Assembly: GCA_041740515.1 (NCBI GenBank)
Contig: JBGSLV010000043.1
Span: 27,594 to 91,593 of the forward strand
Origin: Bdellovibrionales bacterium
GTDB lineage: Bacteria; Bdellovibrionota; Bdellovibrionia; Bdellovibrionales; UBA1609
Length of the DNA stretch: 64,000 bases
Direction of reading: 5' to 3'
Every line of letters starts with the position of its first letter. Position 1 is the stretch's first letter. The notes under the pieces were generated by a model. It was not told the origin of the DNA. It saw only the letters and a list, made by a program, of their open reading frames with translations, and searched no databases. The translations under genes and the position numbers were made by a program. Below are positions 55,957-64,000 of this stretch, in pieces.

Positions 55957-58314
55957 TTATTTACAAAAATTTGTTTTTGGATAGTAGTTTTCAGGTACAC
56001 ATCCTTCATTTTGAAGCGTACACATGACTCTGACGTGATAGTGATCATGGTGCCCAGCCCAGTTTCTCATGAATCTTTCAACTATTTCTCTGTGGGATTG
56101 TAGTTTATTATTATCTTTAAGATATTTACAAAATCTTTTGCGAATACGATTGTCAGTAAACAACACTTGAACTCGATCTGTATAAACAAGAAGGCGAGCT
56201 TGATCAAAGGCAGCCACGACTCTACTTGAATTTAAATTTGCCGCGAAGTTATCAAAGCCTCGAGTTGAATTATTAATATGAGGATAAGACACATCGACAT
56301 CTAAGCCGTTTTGATGGGATGCATGCTCTCCTAATTGGCCCCCATTTTTGTAGGACAAACTGTTAATTTGATTCATTAAATTTTCACCATATCTTTGCTT
56401 TAAGACACAGCCCACAAATTCTAAGACATGCTTGGTGACATCAGACCCAAACTGTCTTGAAGTATGATCAGGTGAGTGAAAGATAGTTTCATGAACTGAG
56501 TCCTTATAATTGGTCGCATTTTTTAATCTGCCAGAATTATAATGGCCGCGTGCCTGATTATAATTTAAGTTTTTAGCTCTGATTATGTGAGTTCCACAAA
56601 GCGACAAATCATAAGTGAATTGCCCATCTATGCTTTCAAAAGGCACCACCGCCTGAGACTCCACAGTTTTTTGCTCTTCTTTTTCCTCTTCCGGCCCTTT
56701 TAAATCATCGGGTCGCTTTCTTGGTCTTGTCGGCGGCTTCACATTTTGGGCTGTCGTTGGGGCTAAAGTTTCCGTATGAGCATTAGGTGCTGTTGGAGTG
56801 GATGAATCAGTTATCGGTGGGTTTGTTTGTGGAGTCGGTGGATTAACTTTTTGCGCTTGAAGTCGGATGATAAACTGATGGTAGTCACTAGTATCATAAT
56901 TTTTGGCATTTGGGTTTGGAAGCACATCGAGATTTGGTTCAGATTGTCTTGGACTCTCTGGTACAAGAATAACTTCTTCGGGGGGGAAAACCTCTTCGTT
57001 GATGACATCAACCAGTTCAACAGGCTCTTCCGGAATCATTGTCACAACCAAGCCAGGGGGGCGGGATTTGGGACGTTTAGTTGGTTTGGACTCCTTAATT
57101 AGTTCTGGTGGGCGGGCTTTGGGGCGTCGAGAAGATGGATTTTGCTTTTCAAACTCAGGAGGGCGGGCTTTGGGGCGTTTTGAAGTTGGTGGGTTGTTAG
57201 ATAGTCCCTCAGGTCTTGCTTTTGGTTTTATACGAGACGTAGTTGCTTGGGGTGATTGCTCTTCAAGACCATCATCAGTTTGTATTACTCCCTCGTTAAT
57301 CTGTGGCTGTTGACCGACCTGTTGGGGTTCATCGGACTCAAGCTGCACGACTTCTATTTCGGGGACGACATCTTTTGATGTTGCCGCTTTAGGTCGTTCA
57401 AGAGTTGGGTCTAGTAAGTACTTTGGACACGGAGTTCCCTTAGGAACCAAACCTTCACATAAAGAATCCATATTTTCGGGTCTAAGCAAAGGGGCCCCGA
57501 TTTTTAAAGCTTCGGGATCATCACCTTCATCAGGAGTGTAAGTATCTTGGTGGAGACCAGTTTGATCATCCTCAATCACCTCTTTAATAATGGGTTCCAT
57601 GACTGATAATGTGGTTTTATTTGGTAAAGTATTTTCTAAGGTAATTTCAGATTCGCGCTGATCAATCATAAAAGGTCTAGAATCTATAAAACTCTCACCT
57701 TTTGCATTCACGTTAGCAAACGAAGCTACCAAAGTAATGTCCTGGCAATCAGGAATATCGTAGCAATGTACGATTGCATTTACGATCTCAGAAGATTCAG
57801 ATGAAGTTCTTTTAAGTTTTAAATAAGTTCGTTGACGAGTTTTTTGATAATCATCTTTGTATGACTTAAGATCACCCACAAATTCATACTTGTAATCTTT
57901 AAATTCAGACGTGTTGTTCTCGGCAAGCCGTAAATAAAGTATGACATACATCTCTAGTTTTAAAGAATTATACATGACCGAAGGGTTTACTACTGTCCTT
58001 GCTTTGATATTAAGCCATGGAGTCAGCTCGTTTACCTTTAGATTCTCTTTACTTGTAGATACTGGTGTTGAGGTGGGGTTAGTTATTATGGGTTCCCTTT
58101 TGATCTCTTCATTTTGTGTGCAGTCTGATGGATCTTGGTCCCCGGCCAAAAATGCGCAATCGTATCGTCTGAGTCGAACCTCTCTTAAACCATTTTCAGC
58201 ATTGACCATTTCTGGCAATTTAATGATTTTAGCATCATTATTTAAGGAACAAGCGACAAAATTTGTCACCCAAAGTATCGCCAAAATGAATTTAGAGGTT
58301 ACGCGCAATTTCAC
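55957..58314 (-). CDS. Large lipoprotein with a Pro/basic repeat linker and a C-terminal MepA-like (peptidase M74, LAS-type) murein endopeptidase domain
   Basis: Lipobox NFVACS. C-terminal motifs EHASHQNGLDVDVSYP and WAGHHDHYHVRVMC match MepA zinc-ligand blocks. Confidence 0.7.
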   Translation of the reverse strand: MKLRVTSKFILAILWVTNFVACSLNNDAKIIKLPEMVNAENGLREVRLRRYDCAFLAGDQDPSDCTQNEEIKREPIITNPTSTPVSTSKENLKVNELTPWLNIKARTVVNPSVMYNSLKLEMYVILYLRLAENNTSEFKDYKYEFVGDLKSYKDDYQKTRQRTYLKLKRTSSESSEIVNAIVHCYDIPDCQDITLVASFANVNAKGESFIDSRPFMIDQRESEITLENTLPNKTTLSVMEPIIKEVIEDDQTGLHQDTYTPDEGDDPEALKIGAPLLRPENMDSLCEGLVPKGTPCPKYLLDPTLERPKAATSKDVVPEIEVVQLESDEPQQVGQQPQINEGVIQTDDGLEEQSPQATTSRIKPKARPEGLSNNPPTSKRPKARPPEFEKQNPSSRRPKARPPELIKESKPTKRPKSRPPGLVVTMIPEEPVELVDVINEEVFPPEEVILVPESPRQSEPNLDVLPNPNAKNYDTSDYHQFIIRLQAQKVNPPTPQTNPPITDSSTPTAPNAHTETLAPTTAQNVKPPTRPRKRPDDLKGPEEEKEEQKTVESQAVVPFESIDGQFTYDLSLCGTHIIRAKNLNYNQARGHYNSGRLKNATNYKDSVHETIFHSPDHTSRQFGSDVTKHVLEFVGCVLKQRYGENLMNQINSLSYKNGGQLGEHASHQNGLDVDVSYPHINNSTRGFDNFAANLNSSRVVAAFDQARLLVYTDRVQVLFTDNRIRKRFCKYLKDNNKLQSHREIVERFMRNWAGHHDHYHVRVMCTLQNEGCVPENYYPKTNFCK
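57050..57235 (-). repeat. In-frame tandem 51-bp (17-codon) repeats encoding RPKARPPExxKxxxxxx
   Basis: The GCGGG core recurs at 57061, 57112 and 57163 (spacing 51), plus a degenerate fourth unit. The protein reads KPKARPEG..RPKARPPEFEKQNPSSR RPKARPPELIKESKPTK RPKSRPPGL. Confidence 0.8.
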
Positions 58315-58341
58315 GCAGTGTACTAGGCAATATTCAGACCA

Positions 58342-58423
58342 CCTTAGGTGCCAGGTTCCGCACTCAGGTCACAGCGCATTATACCTTGGGTGCCAGGTTC
58401 CGCATTCAGGCAACAGTGCATTA
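58342..58423 (-). repeat. Two tandem ~40-nt GC-rich repeat units (left arm)
   Basis: Units at 58342-58381 and 58384-58423: CCTTAGGTGCCAGGTTCCGCACTCAGGTCACAGCGCATTA and CCTTGGGTGCCAGGTTCCGCATTCAGGCAACAGTGCATTA. Confidence 0.9.
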
Positions 58424-58644
58424 TTTTTTAATATCGATTACTCATATGGGTTCATATGTTTCGACAATCTAATTTTTCAACTAAATAAATTTCAAATAGT
58501 TTTTCGACCAATAATATATAAATTTATATAGTTTATATTTTATATTCCAGTTCGCATATTAGGTGGTGCGACCATATCCTGTAACAAGGCAGCTATGAGA
58601 TAACGAATATGCGATCCGTTCTGAGGTCGAACCCAGGCCACGAA

Positions 58645-58723
58645 TAATGCAGTGTTGCCTGTATGCGGAACCTGGCACCTAAGGTGATGCGGTGTGACCT
58701 GAGTGCGGAACCTGGCACCTAAG
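58645..58723 (+). repeat. Two tandem ~40-nt GC-rich repeat units (right arm, inverted relative to the left arm)
   Basis: Units at 58645-58684 and 58685-58723. The inner unit pairs with the inner left unit and the outer with the outer left unit, giving nested complementarity. Confidence 0.9.
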
Positions 58724-59452
58724 TTTAAGGAGGGTGGCACTTAAGATGATGAGGATAAGACTAATCCAAGTGGAAATGGTGAATCCAAAAATGAGTTCGC
58801 CCCGAGAGTCATCTCGTAGAGTCTCCATTACAATTCGGCCTACACCATGTAATAGCAACCAGGTAAAAAATAGTGCACCTTTACCGGCTTTCATAAAATT
58901 AAGTTTTTTTTCTAATAGAAGTAAAAGTAGCCAAACACCAATTTCATAGACAACGGCATAGAGTTGTGTGGGATGTCGAAGACCGTGCAAATGTGGAAAT
59001 TTAAAGCCCCAAAAAACATCAGTTTCAGCACCATAACAGCAACCATTAAAAAAACATGCTAAACGACCTAGGCCATAACTTAAAGCAGCTACTGGTGCAG
59101 ATACATCCAACCATAAAAAAATATTTTGTTTTTTAAGTTTCAAAAACAATATTCCTGCAAAAACACTAGCTAAAAAACCGCCGTAATATACAAAGCCACC
59201 GTTCCAAACATAAAAAATTTGTTTTAAATTTTGCACATAAAATTCAGGCTCTTGGTATAAAACATAGAAAAGTCTTGCCCCGATAAAACCAAATACCATT
59301 AAAACAAACAGAAGATCAGCTGCGATGGAGGGCTTTAATGGAAATTTTTTGAGACGATAAAAATAGTATTGAATACCAATACAATAAACGATCGCAAGTG
59401 TTACGAAGTACACTGAAATTTTAAAATTTTGAAATTCAATAAAAGGAAACAA
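58679..59452 (-). CDS. lgt: Prolipoprotein diacylglyceryl transferase
   Basis: FGFIGARLFYV, GGFVYYGG and GRLACFFNGCCYG motifs. The last ~14 codons (LRCQVPHSGHTASP) and the stop lie inside repeat units. Confidence 0.85.
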   Translation of the reverse strand: MFPFIEFQNFKISVYFVTLAIVYCIGIQYYFYRLKKFPLKPSIAADLLFVLMVFGFIGARLFYVLYQEPEFYVQNLKQIFYVWNGGFVYYGGFLASVFAGILFLKLKKQNIFLWLDVSAPVAALSYGLGRLACFFNGCCYGAETDVFWGFKFPHLHGLRHPTQLYAVVYEIGVWLLLLLLEKKLNFMKAGKGALFFTWLLLHGVGRIVMETLRDDSRGELIFGFTISTWISLILIILSATLLKLRCQVPHSGHTASP

Positions 59453-59455
59453 TGA

Positions 59456-59953
59456 TTATGAGCTCTTGGATTTTTTCATTTCATCTTTTATCATAAAGAC
59501 AAAAAGCAAAAATACACCTGTTACAATAGACATGTCAGCTACATTAAAAGCCGGGTAAGACCAAACTTGTTTATAGTGAAAATCTAAAAAATCAATTACG
59601 TATTGAAATCGTATACGATCAATATAATTTCCTAGCGCTCCTGCAAAAACTAAACTGAGCGCCAAATTTTGAATTTTATCTTTATCTGGACTGGCCTTAA
59701 GAAGGAAAAAAATAACTAACATGGCAATCGGCGGCAGACTTAAAAAAAATACTGTTCGAAACAAAACATTAGCATCTCTAAAAATGCCAAATGCAGCTCC
59801 GGTATTTCGAACGTAAGTGATATGGAATATGTCTTTAATAATCGGAAAAGACTCATGAAGTCTAAAGTTCATAGTTATATACATTTTGGTAATTTGGTCC
59901 AAAGCCACAATTAAACATGTAATAACAATTAAATATAAAAACTTTTTATTCAT
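59456..59953 (-). CDS. lspA: Lipoprotein signal peptidase (signal peptidase II)
   Basis: YVRNTGAAFG, GNYIDR and FNVADMSI motifs. ileS-lspA synteny. Confidence 0.9.
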   Translation of the reverse strand: MNKKFLYLIVITCLIVALDQITKMYITMNFRLHESFPIIKDIFHITYVRNTGAAFGIFRDANVLFRTVFFLSLPPIAMLVIFFLLKASPDKDKIQNLALSLVFAGALGNYIDRIRFQYVIDFLDFHYKQVWSYPAFNVADMSIVTGVFLLFVFMIKDEMKKSKSS

Positions 59954-59990
59954 AGATATCCTTTAATTTAAAAAATTATAATTATCCTAT

Positions 59991-62747
59991 CTAGCTTAAT
60001 GCGTCCGAACAGCGTTGACAAACATTTGCATGATTCGGATTGGCACTTAATTGTTCATAGATCTTCCAGCATCTTTCACATTTCTGACCGTCATATTTAC
60101 TAGCCCAAATCTGGGTTGGACCTTCAACTAATTCAACTTTAGAAACTATAAAGATTTCGTCCAAATAGGATAAATATTTAGAAGCTAGTTTGTTATCATT
60201 TCCTGACAAAGACAATTTAACTTGAGCTTCAAGGCTAGAACCAATGGTTTTGTCTTTTCTTAGATCTTCAAGCTTTTTTGTCACTTCACTTCTTAATGCT
60301 AAAATTCCTTTAAAATCTTCGGATTCAGATTCAAATACCCACGATTCATTGGGCTTTGAAAAGGACTCAAGCCAAATACTAGCTTTTTTGTCTCCTGGTA
60401 AATAATCATGAACCTCATCACTTAAAAAGGATAAGATAGGAGCCATCATTTTCGTAAGCTCGCGAGTCATAAAATACATCACTGTTATAGAGGACTTCCG
60501 TCGATTTGAATCAATGCTATCACAGTACAACCTATCTTTTAAAATATCTAAATAGGTAGCACTTAACTGCACAGTAAAGAACTGATTGAGCAAATGATAA
60601 ACTTTGTAAAAATTAAACTGATCGTAACTCAAAGTAACATCTTGGATCAGCTGATTAAACTGATGTAAAGCCCAACGATCCATAAAATCTAACTTCTCAG
60701 GAGCCACTAAACTCTCCGGCTTTACGTCTCCTACGACGCCCAGAAAAAATCGCATTGTGTTTCGTATCCGCCGATAGGTTTCAGATACACGTTTAAAAAT
60801 TTCAGGACCTACCGTCACATCTTGGCCATAATCTTCATAGGCCACCCAAAGTCGTAAAATTTCAGCTCCACTTTCATTAATGACTTTTTGAGGATCAACA
60901 GTATTGCCTAAACTTTTGCTCATCTTGTGACCTTTTTCATCGTTGGCAAAACCATGAGTCACAAGCGCTTTATAGGGTGGAATCCCTTTAGAAGCTAAAG
61001 ATGAAAGCAGACTTGTTTGAAACCATCCTCGGTGTTGGTCAGAGCCTTCAAGATAAATATCTGCCGGTGTATGTAAACCTTCACGACGATCTTGAACCGC
61101 CGCATGACAGACACCGCTGTCAAACCAAACATCTAAAATATCTTGCGAGGCTGTGAACTCTTCACCTTTACAGACGGCGCACTTATATCCTTTTGTAAAA
61201 TGATTTTTTGGAGCTTCAAAGTACTCTTCAATACCTTGTCCGTGTTGCATTTCATCAGCAACTTTGTCGATGATATCTTGATGAATTAGTGCTTCACCAC
61301 AGCTATCACAGTAAAAAACGGGAATAGGTACACCCCAAATTCTTTGACGACTTAAACACCAGTCAGGACGATTTTCGACCATGGATTTTAAACGTGCTTT
61401 GCCCCATGCTGGATAAAATTTGATATCCTCTTCAATACTTTTTAGCGCCATTTTTCGAACATTAAAATTTTGATCATCAACGCTTACAAACCACTGTGGG
61501 GTGGCTCGATAGATCAATGGCGTTTTAGATCTCCAGTTGTGCGGATAGCTATGAACAAAAGTACTAAAATGAATTAAGTGCCCTGACTCTTTCATCTGTT
61601 CCACTAATAATTTGTTGGCTTTCCAGATATGAACACCTTTCATAGGTAGAAAATTTTCATTGTAAAGCCCTCCTTCATCTACGGGGCTCTCCATAGGAAG
61701 ATCATACTTTTGCCCTACATTGTAATCATCTAGGCCGTGTGCTGGCGCTGTGTGTACACATCCCGTACCAGCTTCTAATGTAACGTGCGTCCCATTCATC
61801 AGTAAGGATTTGCGATTAATAAATGGATGCATAGCCTCTAATCGATCAAAATCTTTTCCTGAAAAAATCATTTTAGGCTCAGACAGTTCAACGGACGTTT
61901 TAGCTACAAAGGCTTCTTTTAATTTTGTAGCCATAATAAGTTGACCTTTTGCCGAGTCATAAAGCCCATATTCAAAATCAGGATGAAAAACTACACCGTA
62001 GTTTGCTGGAATGGTCCAAGGTGTTGTCGTCCAAATGACAACAGCGGCTGGTTCTTTAATTTTTAAGGCTTTCAAAGTTTCAACAGTTAAATCAAATTTT
62101 ACATAAATTGATGGGCTTTCAATATCTTTATACTCAACTTCAGTATCCGCTAAAGCGGTCTGCAAAGTGGGACACCAAAATACAGGCTTTTGTCCTCGAT
62201 AAAGAATATTATTTTTTAAAATTCGACCAAGTTCTCTAACCTCTTCGGCTTCATAATCAGGATCAAGTGTTAGATATGGATTCTGCCAATCGGCAATTAT
62301 ACCAAGTCGCACAAATTGCTCTCTTTGATGGGCAACCCATGTTTTGGCTTCCTTTCGACACAACTCGCGAATATCTTTTTTACTTTTATCTTTTCGTTTG
62401 TCCCCTAAGTCTTTAGTTACTTTAAGCTCAATAGGTAATCCATGGCAGTCCCAGCCTGGTATAAATTCAGCATGAAATCCCTGCATATTTTTATATTTGA
62501 TTACAATATCTTTTAAGACTTTATTTAAGACGTGACCAACGTGAATAGAGCCATTGGCATAGGGAGGACCATCCGGCATAACGAATTTTTTTTGCCCTTT
62601 ATTCTTTTCAATCATCTGTTGATAGATTTTTGTGTCCGTCCATTTCTTGATCATTAACGGTTCTTTTTCAGCTAAGGATGCTCGCATAGGAAAATCTGTA
62701 ATTGGTAAATTCAGTGTTTTCGAAAAACCGTCTTGTTGCTCTGCCAT
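59991..62747 (-). CDS. ileS: Isoleucine--tRNA ligase (type 1, with C-terminal zinc finger)
   Basis: HVGH (PYANGSIHVGHVLN), KMSKS, and the C-terminal CERCW...CQRC. Confidence 0.95.
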   Translation of the reverse strand: MAEQQDGFSKTLNLPITDFPMRASLAEKEPLMIKKWTDTKIYQQMIEKNKGQKKFVMPDGPPYANGSIHVGHVLNKVLKDIVIKYKNMQGFHAEFIPGWDCHGLPIELKVTKDLGDKRKDKSKKDIRELCRKEAKTWVAHQREQFVRLGIIADWQNPYLTLDPDYEAEEVRELGRILKNNILYRGQKPVFWCPTLQTALADTEVEYKDIESPSIYVKFDLTVETLKALKIKEPAAVVIWTTTPWTIPANYGVVFHPDFEYGLYDSAKGQLIMATKLKEAFVAKTSVELSEPKMIFSGKDFDRLEAMHPFINRKSLLMNGTHVTLEAGTGCVHTAPAHGLDDYNVGQKYDLPMESPVDEGGLYNENFLPMKGVHIWKANKLLVEQMKESGHLIHFSTFVHSYPHNWRSKTPLIYRATPQWFVSVDDQNFNVRKMALKSIEEDIKFYPAWGKARLKSMVENRPDWCLSRQRIWGVPIPVFYCDSCGEALIHQDIIDKVADEMQHGQGIEEYFEAPKNHFTKGYKCAVCKGEEFTASQDILDVWFDSGVCHAAVQDRREGLHTPADIYLEGSDQHRGWFQTSLLSSLASKGIPPYKALVTHGFANDEKGHKMSKSLGNTVDPQKVINESGAEILRLWVAYEDYGQDVTVGPEIFKRVSETYRRIRNTMRFFLGVVGDVKPESLVAPEKLDFMDRWALHQFNQLIQDVTLSYDQFNFYKVYHLLNQFFTVQLSATYLDILKDRLYCDSIDSNRRKSSITVMYFMTRELTKMMAPILSFLSDEVHDYLPGDKKASIWLESFSKPNESWVFESESEDFKGILALRSEVTKKLEDLRKDKTIGSSLEAQVKLSLSGNDNKLASKYLSYLDEIFIVSKVELVEGPTQIWASKYDGQKCERCWKIYEQLSANPNHANVCQRCSDALS

Positions 62748-62763
62748 TTTTTACTCCGTGACT

Positions 62764-63381
62764 TTAATCTTCTGTTCCGAAAATTTTCTTAAGATGTTTC
62801 TCGCCCAATGAGACTAAAACACGAATCGCTTCCGTGTTTGAACTTAAATTCAATCTCTCTTTAGCCAGATTAATTGCTGAAATTGTTTTTTTATCTAATT
62901 TTAAAAGCACTGTTTCTGCAGCGTCTGCAGATTGAACGGAACTTGTTAACGACGATGAGGGTAATGTGGAAGGTGGTGTTGTAAAAGTAGCCGCTTCTTT
63001 GATAATTTGAGGCATAGGCTGCTCTTCTGGAGTTTGTGTTGCGAGCATCAAACTAAGTTCATGAAGATACTCCGAGGGTGGTGATTCAGCCTTTTTAGGT
63101 TCTGATATAGGTTTGTCTTCAAACTGTTTTAAGTTCAGCGCTAAACCTTGAAGCTCATTTCTAAAACTTTTAGCACTTGAAAGATCAGTGCTGTATGCGC
63201 CCGCTTGACCTTGCACTTCTTGGTGTTCCTTTAAACGGGTCGACTTTAAATATAAACCTACTAAGTCATCTGAAGTACGAATGGATTTTTTAACACCCTC
63301 GCTTTGTCGTGAAAGCCAGTCAAACGCTGTTGCGAGGACTTCTTTGGTATAGGCTTGTGGGGGCATTCGAGTCATAATCAA
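62764..63381 (-). CDS. Hypothetical protein (Ser/Thr/Pro-rich centre)
   Basis: ORF ending 16 nt upstream of the ileS start. No recognisable motif. Confidence 0.4.
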   Translation of the reverse strand: MIMTRMPPQAYTKEVLATAFDWLSRQSEGVKKSIRTSDDLVGLYLKSTRLKEHQEVQGQAGAYSTDLSSAKSFRNELQGLALNLKQFEDKPISEPKKAESPPSEYLHELSLMLATQTPEEQPMPQIIKEAATFTTPPSTLPSSSLTSSVQSADAAETVLLKLDKKTISAINLAKERLNLSSNTEAIRVLVSLGEKHLKKIFGTED

Positions 63382-63506
63382 ATAACTTTATTGAGTATAA
63401 TTCTGACAAGCAATTAAAAATAGTGGGTCGTGAGTATTTTTAATACAGGCTTGGATTTAAAGGACTTTATGCGCAAAGAATTTGCAGTCTGAAGAACCCT
63501 AAGGAC

Positions 63507-64000
63507 TTAGTCTAAGGTGGTTTTAATACCCTGAGCGTCAATCCCATACTTTTCGATTTTACGTAACAAGGTCTTTTTGGGAATGTTCGAGTTCAAAGCT
63601 GTTTGGTTGATTTTACCTTTGTTAGCCCTCAAAGCTTCAATAATAAAGCGTTTTTCAAACTCGTCTTTTTGTTTTTGAAAATCCATATCTTCAATTTCAA
63701 TTTTTATGGATTTAATTTCCACCAAATCTAAACTTTCTTCATTTTTATCCGAACTTGTTAGTACCGATTTTTGATCTAATTCCAGATTTCCCAAACTTTT
63801 GCTGACTTCATAAAGCGAATTTGGTTCGTCATTTTTCTTTAGTGTTACTTGAGCCGCTTTTAGAATTTTCTCAGGCAAGTGCTGAAGTAATATTTCTGGA
63901 CCATCATTTAATATAAAAGCGTGTTCAATCACGTTTTCAAGCTCTCGGATATTTCCAGGCCAGTTGTAGGATCTTAAACATTGTAAGGCCTGAGGGTTAA
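63507..64000 (-). CDS. Sigma-54-dependent Fis-family transcriptional activator, C-terminal part (5' end outside the window)
   Basis: The reading frame continues upstream of the annotated Met to the window edge as NPQALQCLRSYNWPGNIRELENVIEHAF. C-terminal Fis-type HTH: IIEALRANKGKINQTALNSNIPKKTLLRKIEKYGI. Confidence 0.8.
   Translation of the reverse strand, partial: NPQALQCLRSYNWPGNIRELENVIEHAFILNDGPEILLQHLPEKILKAAQVTLKKNDEPNSLYEVSKSLGNLELDQKSVLTSSDKNEESLDLVEIKSIKIEIEDMDFQKQKDEFEKRFIIEALRANKGKINQTALNSNIPKKTLLRKIEKYGIDAQGIKTTLD

Larger units (their letters stand above)
58342..58723. mobile_element. Composite element of about 382 bp: ~80-bp terminal inverted arms around a 221-nt non-coding core (MITE/REPIN-like; mobility unproven)
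   Basis: The arms are made of two repeat subtypes in mirror order. There is no credible ORF inside. A solo unit lies at 478-515. Confidence 0.35.

Noticed and set aside
56827-57313. Gly/Ser-rich plus-strand ORFs (91 and 136 aa) opposite the M74 lipoprotein gene
   Set aside because: They are the mirror image of the Pro/Arg/Lys repeat region; the GGGCGGGCTTTGGGGCG repeats read as G-rich peptides. The real coding strand is minus.
58342-58423. Tandem 40-nt units with ~42-nt period considered as a mini CRISPR array
   Set aside because: There are only two units per side, with 2-nt gaps rather than spacers. The units differ from each other, and no cas genes are present.
57941-58531. 196-aa plus-strand ORF ending in ...RCQVPHSGHSALYLGCQVPHSGNSALFF
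   Set aside because: It is antisense to the N-terminus of the M74 lipoprotein gene and then reads through the two left repeat units. The duplicated CQVPHSG peptide is simply the repeat translated.
58621-58636. GGTTCGA on the minus strand considered as a tRNA T-loop
   Set aside because: The flanking bases do not form a T-stem, and no acceptor or anticodon arms can be drawn.
58700-58723. TGGCAC inside every repeat unit considered as a sigma-54 -24 element
   Set aside because: The downstream -12 GC is missing or mis-spaced. For example, in copy A the GG and GC are separated by 9 rather than 10 nt, and other copies have GTGA or TTTA where TTGC is expected.
58540-58740. 66-aa minus-strand ORF in the composite element core
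   Set aside because: It is built from repeat units and the AT-rich core, overlaps the lgt 3' end, and has no start context or motif.

Overview
This is a visibly AT-rich, densely coding bacterial chromosomal window. I found no rRNA or tRNA gene, no CRISPR array, and no transposase or integrase ORF. All homology calls are by-eye motif recognition on the supplied translations; nothing was computed.

The gene content includes DivIVA, many FHA-domain proteins, Tad-type and type-IV-pilin-like genes, the classical menaquinone pathway and a sigma-54 activator. It looks like a low-GC Bdellovibrionota/Oligoflexia-like organism, but that is inference only.

Layout:
- (1) 38-3354: end of a division-type cluster on the minus strand (maf, yggS, proC, divIVA), followed by a DCC/DUF393 protein.
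- (2) 3375-9799: a tightly packed plus-strand operon with an orphan TadC-like T2SS-F protein, DUF192, three membrane-anchored FHA proteins and a possible degenerate PP2C-like protein.
- (3) 9720-12593: a sulfatase-like lipoprotein and an ExbB/ExbD pair.
- (4) 12.6-27.1 kb: an accessory-looking stretch of secreted and membrane proteins.
  - A TlpA-like CxxC protein and three pilin-like or Cys-rich secreted proteins.
  - One of those pilin-like proteins sits in frame behind a fatty-acid hydroxylase.
  - A beta-propeller protein, three polytopic HTTM-like membrane proteins and a pentapeptide-repeat protein.
  - A tandem rhodanese-like protein and an orphan Hcp homologue with an apparent signal peptide.
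  - A divergent gene pair reminiscent of sdpA/sdpB, and a vWA-like protein.
- (5) 27.2-31.9 kb: lipB, lpd, a 2-oxoacid dehydrogenase E2 and lipA, with no E1.
- (6) 32-47.5 kb: mixed housekeeping (sfsA, a DsbA-like protein, a ThiBPQ-like ABC transporter, a DoxX-like protein, nth, elbB, citrate synthase, a SpoIIE-type phosphatase, rsmJ-like, polyprenyl synthase).
- (7) 47.6-55.7 kb: menaquinone cluster menF-menD-menH-menA-menC-menE plus DAHP synthase and menG/ubiE. No menB is present.
- (8) 55.9-64.0 kb: a 785-aa lipoprotein with a C-terminal MepA-like (M74) endopeptidase, then lgt, lspA, ileS, a hypothetical and a truncated sigma-54 activator.

Most notable non-genic structure: a GC-rich ~40-nt repeat family. 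One copy lies at 478-515. Four copies form nested ~80-bp inverted arms around a 221-nt core at 58342-58723. The repeats reach into the lgt 3' end and supply stop codons.
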